DNA of 64,000 nt from Cyanobacteria bacterium auto_48_18 (GTDB taxonomy: Bacteria > Cyanobacteriota > Vampirovibrionia > Obscuribacterales > Obscuribacteraceae), in NCBI GenBank assembly GCA_036170915.1, contig JAVHQC010000025.1, forward strand, positions 32,001 to 96,000. The letters run 5' to 3'. Positions 59,809-64,000 of this stretch are shown here, one piece after another. Under the pieces are notes generated by a model, which was given only the letters and a program-made list of their open reading frames with translations, was not told the origin of the DNA and did no database searches. The stretch's first letter is position 1; each line of letters starts with the position of its first letter. Made by a program: the position numbers and the translations under genes.

Positions 59809-59903
59809 TAGCCTGAAAGCCACAAGCAGCATACTCTCACAGCAACATTGGCCAAATTGAGGCTTAAAAGAGTTCATTGCGCGAGCTTTACAGAGCCAAT
59901 AAC

Positions 59904-60431
59904 TCAGGGTACTACGCCCCGACTCCACTTCGAATTTTCATTATCGAGAAATTTATACATGCGCACACAGCTCATCTCGTGACCGCCTGGCAAAGGCTGG
60001 CGACCCAGGCCATCTGCCACAAAACCGTTAGCCAAATAAAAAGGTTCTGCGTTCATGGAAGCATTGAGGTTGAGCCAGTCACAGCCGGCATTTTGAACCG
60101 TGCGCTCAAGCTCGCTAAGCAGGGCGCGGCCAATGCCTTGCCTGCCCAGGCGCGGCAAAACATAGCAGGCTCGCAACTCACTTAAACGCGGTACGACGAT
60201 GCCAAAGCCAACAACGCCATTGTCCATAGTGGCCACGCGCAACACTTCATCTTCTTTCTGCGGGCGGTTGAGAAAATTGGCTATGCGCTGTTCGTCTACG
60301 GGCGGCGACCAGTCATCAAGAATTTCTTCTTCATAGTAATCCACAGGCTCACCATGAACCGCTGCATAATGCACGTCCAGGATGCCCTTTATCTCTTCCT
60401 CTGTGGTCAACGCTTTGCGAATAATCAACAT
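59904..60431 (-). CDS. GNAT N-acetyltransferase
   Basis: YVLP..GRQGIGRALL motif A; ASMNAEPFY..NGF. Confidence 0.9.
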   Translation of the reverse strand: MLIIRKALTTEEEIKGILDVHYAAVHGEPVDYYEEEILDDWSPPVDEQRIANFLNRPQKEDEVLRVATMDNGVVGFGIVVPRLSELRACYVLPRLGRQGIGRALLSELERTVQNAGCDWLNLNASMNAEPFYLANGFVADGLGRQPLPGGHEMSCVRMYKFLDNENSKWSRGVVP

Positions 60432-60464
60432 ACAGAGGAATTATACAGCTCTTAAATCAGGTCA

Positions 60465-61271
60465 TTAATAGCTGTTAGCCTGAAGGCGACCATTGCTTTT
60501 CATGGAAACACTGCTTGGCGGAGCAAAAAGGTCGCGCACGGCAGGATCGTAACTAATTAACGTTTTGACTGGGCGCGGCTTGAGATTCAAATCTTCCAGG
60601 CGGGCGAAAGGCTTCAGAAATGACATCAAAGCATCCACATTTTCTGAATTGACACCACGATCAAAATAAAATGAACTGAAAAGTTTAGCGCGGCCATGCA
60701 AAGCCGGTGCACCGGTAATATTCACCAGGGTGCCACCATTAGCAAGAGGGCAAAGATTTACGGTCAGATAATTTGTGGCATATTCACTTTGTTGCAACTC
60801 TAGAAGCAAGTGACCCGACTCCACATCAGCCAGTAAAATTTCATATCCTTCCAGCTCGGCCAGGGCAAAACCCACCAGGTCACAGGCTTCGTCAAATGAC
60901 TGAGGTAGTTGAATCGAGCGCCTGCCGAAGGCTTTGCCGAATTGACCAAGCTGCCAGGTGCGCACAAAGCTTAAAAACGACAGCAACACGGCTGACGCGA
61001 TAGACCCGCAGACAATGCTTGATAAAACCCACTGAATAACCAGATGATGATCGCCGGCGGACCAGAAAGTTTTTCCGGTGACAACAGCCACGGGGAAGGC
61101 CAGGGCGATAGGCACAAAGAACACCGCGCTGAAAGCGATGCCGGCAATCAAACCGATAAGCAGGCATTGAACGAAAAACGGTGCTCCGTCAAGATCACCG
61201 ATGGCGCGGTCAAGGTCTACTATCTTGCGACTTTGCTCTATGGAAGAGCGCACTCTTTTAGAACTATGCAT
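60465..61271 (-). CDS. Hypothetical membrane protein
   Basis: Two or three TM segments followed by an alpha/beta domain; start uncertain (61271 or 61346). Confidence 0.6.
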   Translation of the reverse strand: MHSSKRVRSSIEQSRKIVDLDRAIGDLDGAPFFVQCLLIGLIAGIAFSAVFFVPIALAFPVAVVTGKTFWSAGDHHLVIQWVLSSIVCGSIASAVLLSFLSFVRTWQLGQFGKAFGRRSIQLPQSFDEACDLVGFALAELEGYEILLADVESGHLLLELQQSEYATNYLTVNLCPLANGGTLVNITGAPALHGRAKLFSSFYFDRGVNSENVDALMSFLKPFARLEDLNLKPRPVKTLISYDPAVRDLFAPPSSVSMKSNGRLQANSY

Positions 61272-61357
61272 GCGAAACCTAAACTGGGGGTTAGTAAATG
61301 CCGACCTATCCAGATTACAGGCGACTACGTGGCAAATACGTGACAATGGAAGTGAAA

Positions 61358-64000
61358 TTATAAAACTGCTGCTTGCTTGCGTTCTATATTGAAATATTTG
61401 GCCTGTGGATGCACCACCACTATGGCCGAAGTGCTCTGTTCGGGCACAAGTTGGAATTCTTCAGATAAGCTGACTTCAATGCGTTCGGGCTTGAGCAGTG
61501 TAAATAACTGGCTCTGGTCTTCGAGATTCGGACAGGCCGGATAACCAAAGCTGTATCGGGTTCCACGATATCCCTGCTGGAAAAATTTCTTCCGGTCAGC
61601 TTGATCGAACTGGCCGTAACCAAGTTCAGCGCGAATCTGTTTGTGCACAAGTTCTGCCAGTGCCTCAGCAGACTCTACGGACAAGCCATGAAAATAGAGA
61701 TAATCGGAATAATGATTGCCTGCAAACAGCGCTGCTGCATGAGTACTGGCCACTTCACCCATGGTGACTATCTGAGCCGGTAGAACGTCATACTCTCCCC
61801 GGGCGCCATTGCTGAAGAAATCAGCAATGCAAAGTCTGCGACCAAATTGTTGTCTGGGAAAATCAAACCGCACCCATTCTTCTAATTCGCCAAGCTCAGT
61901 GCTTGGAATTGCTGGAATAGTTGTGTCGGAAAAATCTGTGGTTTCCTGATTGCCCTTATTCTTATAAACAATCAGTTGGTTGCCCTTGGACCGGCAAGGA
62001 AAATAACCATAAACGGCTTTTGGTTGCAACAAACTTTCAGCAATACACCGAGCTTTCATGTTTTCCAGCATCGGTGTAATTTTTTCAGCCAGCATTGCCT
62101 CATAGTCGGCATTGCTGCTCGATCCCTGCCTCACTCGGAACTGTCCGCGAATCAAGGCATTTTCATTGAGATATGAAAAAATTTCACCCAGGTCGAAATT
62201 ATGTATGGCTTTCGAACCCCAAAACGGTGGAGTAGGGATAGTCAATTCCCCTTCACCAGAGCGCAATACTTCAGAGCGCACGACAGCGACAGCTGGCCCT
62301 TGATCTTGACTTTGGTTTAGATCTTGGCTTAGCTCGTCGTCATCGTCCTTGCCGAATCTAATTTCTTCGATATCGTCGTCGTCATCAAGATCTTCACATT
62401 CAATAGCAGGCGCTTTGGGTAAAAGCGAGTGGTCACCCGAAGCAATAGCTTCCATAATGTGCAGGTCGTCGAAAGCGTCTTGCCCATAATAAAGAGTGCC
62501 TTGATAAACTTTGCGGCAATCTTCTTCTACATATCGCCTTGTCAGCGCTGCTCCACCTAAAATCACCGGCACAGAGATGCCACGCTGATTGAGAATAGAC
62601 AAATTCTCTTTCATGATCACCGTAGACTTTACTAGAAGACCGCTCATGCCGATACAATCGGCCTTATGCTGTTCAGCGGCTGAAATTATATTTTCAATTG
62701 GCTGTTTGATACCAAGATTAATAACACGGTAGCCATTGTTGGTCAAAATGATGTCTACCAGATTTTTGCCGATATCATGCACGTCACCTTTAACAGTAGC
62801 AAGAACCATGACACCACGGGTGGAGCCCTCAACTTTGTCCATGAAAGGCTCTAAATAAGAAACGGCAGCCTTCATGGTCTCAGCAGACTGAAGCACGAAT
62901 GGCAACTGCATTTTGCCCGAGCCAAATAATTCACCCACAACTTTCATGCCGTCAAGCAAAATACTATTGATAATTGCTAAAGGCTTATGTGTTTTCAGAG
63001 CTAGATCTAAATCTACGTTCAGAGCCACACGGTCGCCGTCGATGATTCGCTGCTTTAAAATGTCTTCGATACTGGCGTCAGATTTGCGCTCGGCTTTGAC
63101 GCTTGAACCTTTTTTGTCTTTATAAAAATCAAGTAGGGCAAAAAGAGGATCGTAATCTTTGGTGCGTTGATCAAAGATCAGTTTGTTGTGCATTTCCCTT
63201 TCGCTTTCGTCAATTTTATAAAGCGGGAGAATTTTCTGAGCGTTGACGATGGCCATATCAAGGCCATACTCCACAGCGTGGTGAAGGAAAACCGAGTTGA
63301 GAATGCGACGGATGCGTGCGTCCATGCCAAAGCTAATATTGCTTACACCGAGAATAGTGCGCACGCCAGGCAAGTTTTCTTTGATTAGTTTGATGCCCTG
63401 CAAAGTTTCAAGGCCAAGTTTTCGATCGTCTTCATTACCAGTAGACAAAGTAAATGTTAGAGCATCAAATATCAAATCATAGGGGGCTAAACCAGCAGCC
63501 AGTGCCAGATCATAAATGCGTTTGGCGATTGACAGTTTTTTGTCGGCTGACTTAGCCATGCCGCCTTCGTCAATGGTAAGCGCTACCGCTGCGGCACCAT
63601 AACGCTTAATCAAAGCAATTTTTTGCAGCATCTTCGCTTCGCCATCTTCGAGATTGATGGAATTGACGATTGGTTTGCCCGCAATTAAGCCGAGCGATGC
63701 TTCAAGCACCGGATACTCAGTGCTGTCTACCATAATCGGGATCTGCAATTCGGTATTTAAACGCTTGATGAAAAGGCTCATGTCGGCAACTTCATCGCGA
63801 CCTACATACGCTGTGCAAACGTCGAGAATATGTGCGCCTTCTCGTTCTTGTTCGCGGGCCATGGCGACCATACCGTCTAAGTCGCCGGCTTGCAAAAGGT
63901 CTTTGAATTTTTTACTGCCGTTGGTATTGGTGCGTTCACCCACAATCAAGGGCGGTTGGTCAATATCAAAGGCAACTGATGTATAAATGCTGGCGGCGGA
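61358..64000 (-). CDS. metH: Cobalamin-dependent methionine synthase, 5' part outside the window
   Basis: Frame stays open to the edge (SAASIYTSV..LIVGERTN); pterin domain, DVHDIGKN B12 motif, RYSFGYPACP activation domain. Confidence 0.96.
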   Translation of the reverse strand, partial: SAASIYTSVAFDIDQPPLIVGERTNTNGSKKFKDLLQAGDLDGMVAMAREQEREGAHILDVCTAYVGRDEVADMSLFIKRLNTELQIPIMVDSTEYPVLEASLGLIAGKPIVNSINLEDGEAKMLQKIALIKRYGAAAVALTIDEGGMAKSADKKLSIAKRIYDLALAAGLAPYDLIFDALTFTLSTGNEDDRKLGLETLQGIKLIKENLPGVRTILGVSNISFGMDARIRRILNSVFLHHAVEYGLDMAIVNAQKILPLYKIDESEREMHNKLIFDQRTKDYDPLFALLDFYKDKKGSSVKAERKSDASIEDILKQRIIDGDRVALNVDLDLALKTHKPLAIINSILLDGMKVVGELFGSGKMQLPFVLQSAETMKAAVSYLEPFMDKVEGSTRGVMVLATVKGDVHDIGKNLVDIILTNNGYRVINLGIKQPIENIISAAEQHKADCIGMSGLLVKSTVIMKENLSILNQRGISVPVILGGAALTRRYVEEDCRKVYQGTLYYGQDAFDDLHIMEAIASGDHSLLPKAPAIECEDLDDDDDIEEIRFGKDDDDELSQDLNQSQDQGPAVAVVRSEVLRSGEGELTIPTPPFWGSKAIHNFDLGEIFSYLNENALIRGQFRVRQGSSSNADYEAMLAEKITPMLENMKARCIAESLLQPKAVYGYFPCRSKGNQLIVYKNKGNQETTDFSDTTIPAIPSTELGELEEWVRFDFPRQQFGRRLCIADFFSNGARGEYDVLPAQIVTMGEVASTHAAALFAGNHYSDYLYFHGLSVESAEALAELVHKQIRAELGYGQFDQADRKKFFQQGYRGTRYSFGYPACPNLEDQSQLFTLLKPERIEVSLSEEFQLVPEQSTSAIVVVHPQAKYFNIERKQAAVL

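Overview
The window is a gene-dense, roughly 50% GC bacterial chromosomal segment with no rRNA, tRNA, CRISPR array, prophage or intact IS. Gene content suggests a non-photosynthetic relative of Cyanobacteria (Vampirovibrionia/Melainabacteria, Obscuribacterales-like). This is an inference from the short cyanobacterial-type SSB, ARC6/IMS (DUF4101)-like domain, phasin-like plus ABC1 pair, RRM protein, LRV repeats, many TPR proteins and absence of photosynthesis genes. Most genes are housekeeping or metabolic: nadD end, yqeK, ssb, clpB, larC, dusB, gmk-rpoZ, rqcH, lexA, arginase, maf, hemL, asd, lepA, yitJ, patA and a partial metH. There is also an ABC1-PP2C-FHA-Ser/Thr kinase cluster running into envelope genes, and a glycan O-acylation neighbourhood. 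The most unusual locus is 11.7-13.1 kb. It holds an intact 359-aa gene with a strong SD that keeps the Zn-ribbon/HTH N-terminus and the C-terminus of an IS1595-family transposase, while its DDE core appears replaced by a DprA-like winged helix. It converges on a ~200-nt highly structured non-coding segment built of nested palindromes. Other notable items are a candidate new LexA box (GTAT half-sites), an unlisted 42-aa ORF with a strong SD, a 14-bp minisatellite filling the lepA-SUFU spacer, a repeat-encoded His tract in LarC, and recurrent short tandem duplications at gene ends. All calls come from reading the sequence by eye; no database searches were run.
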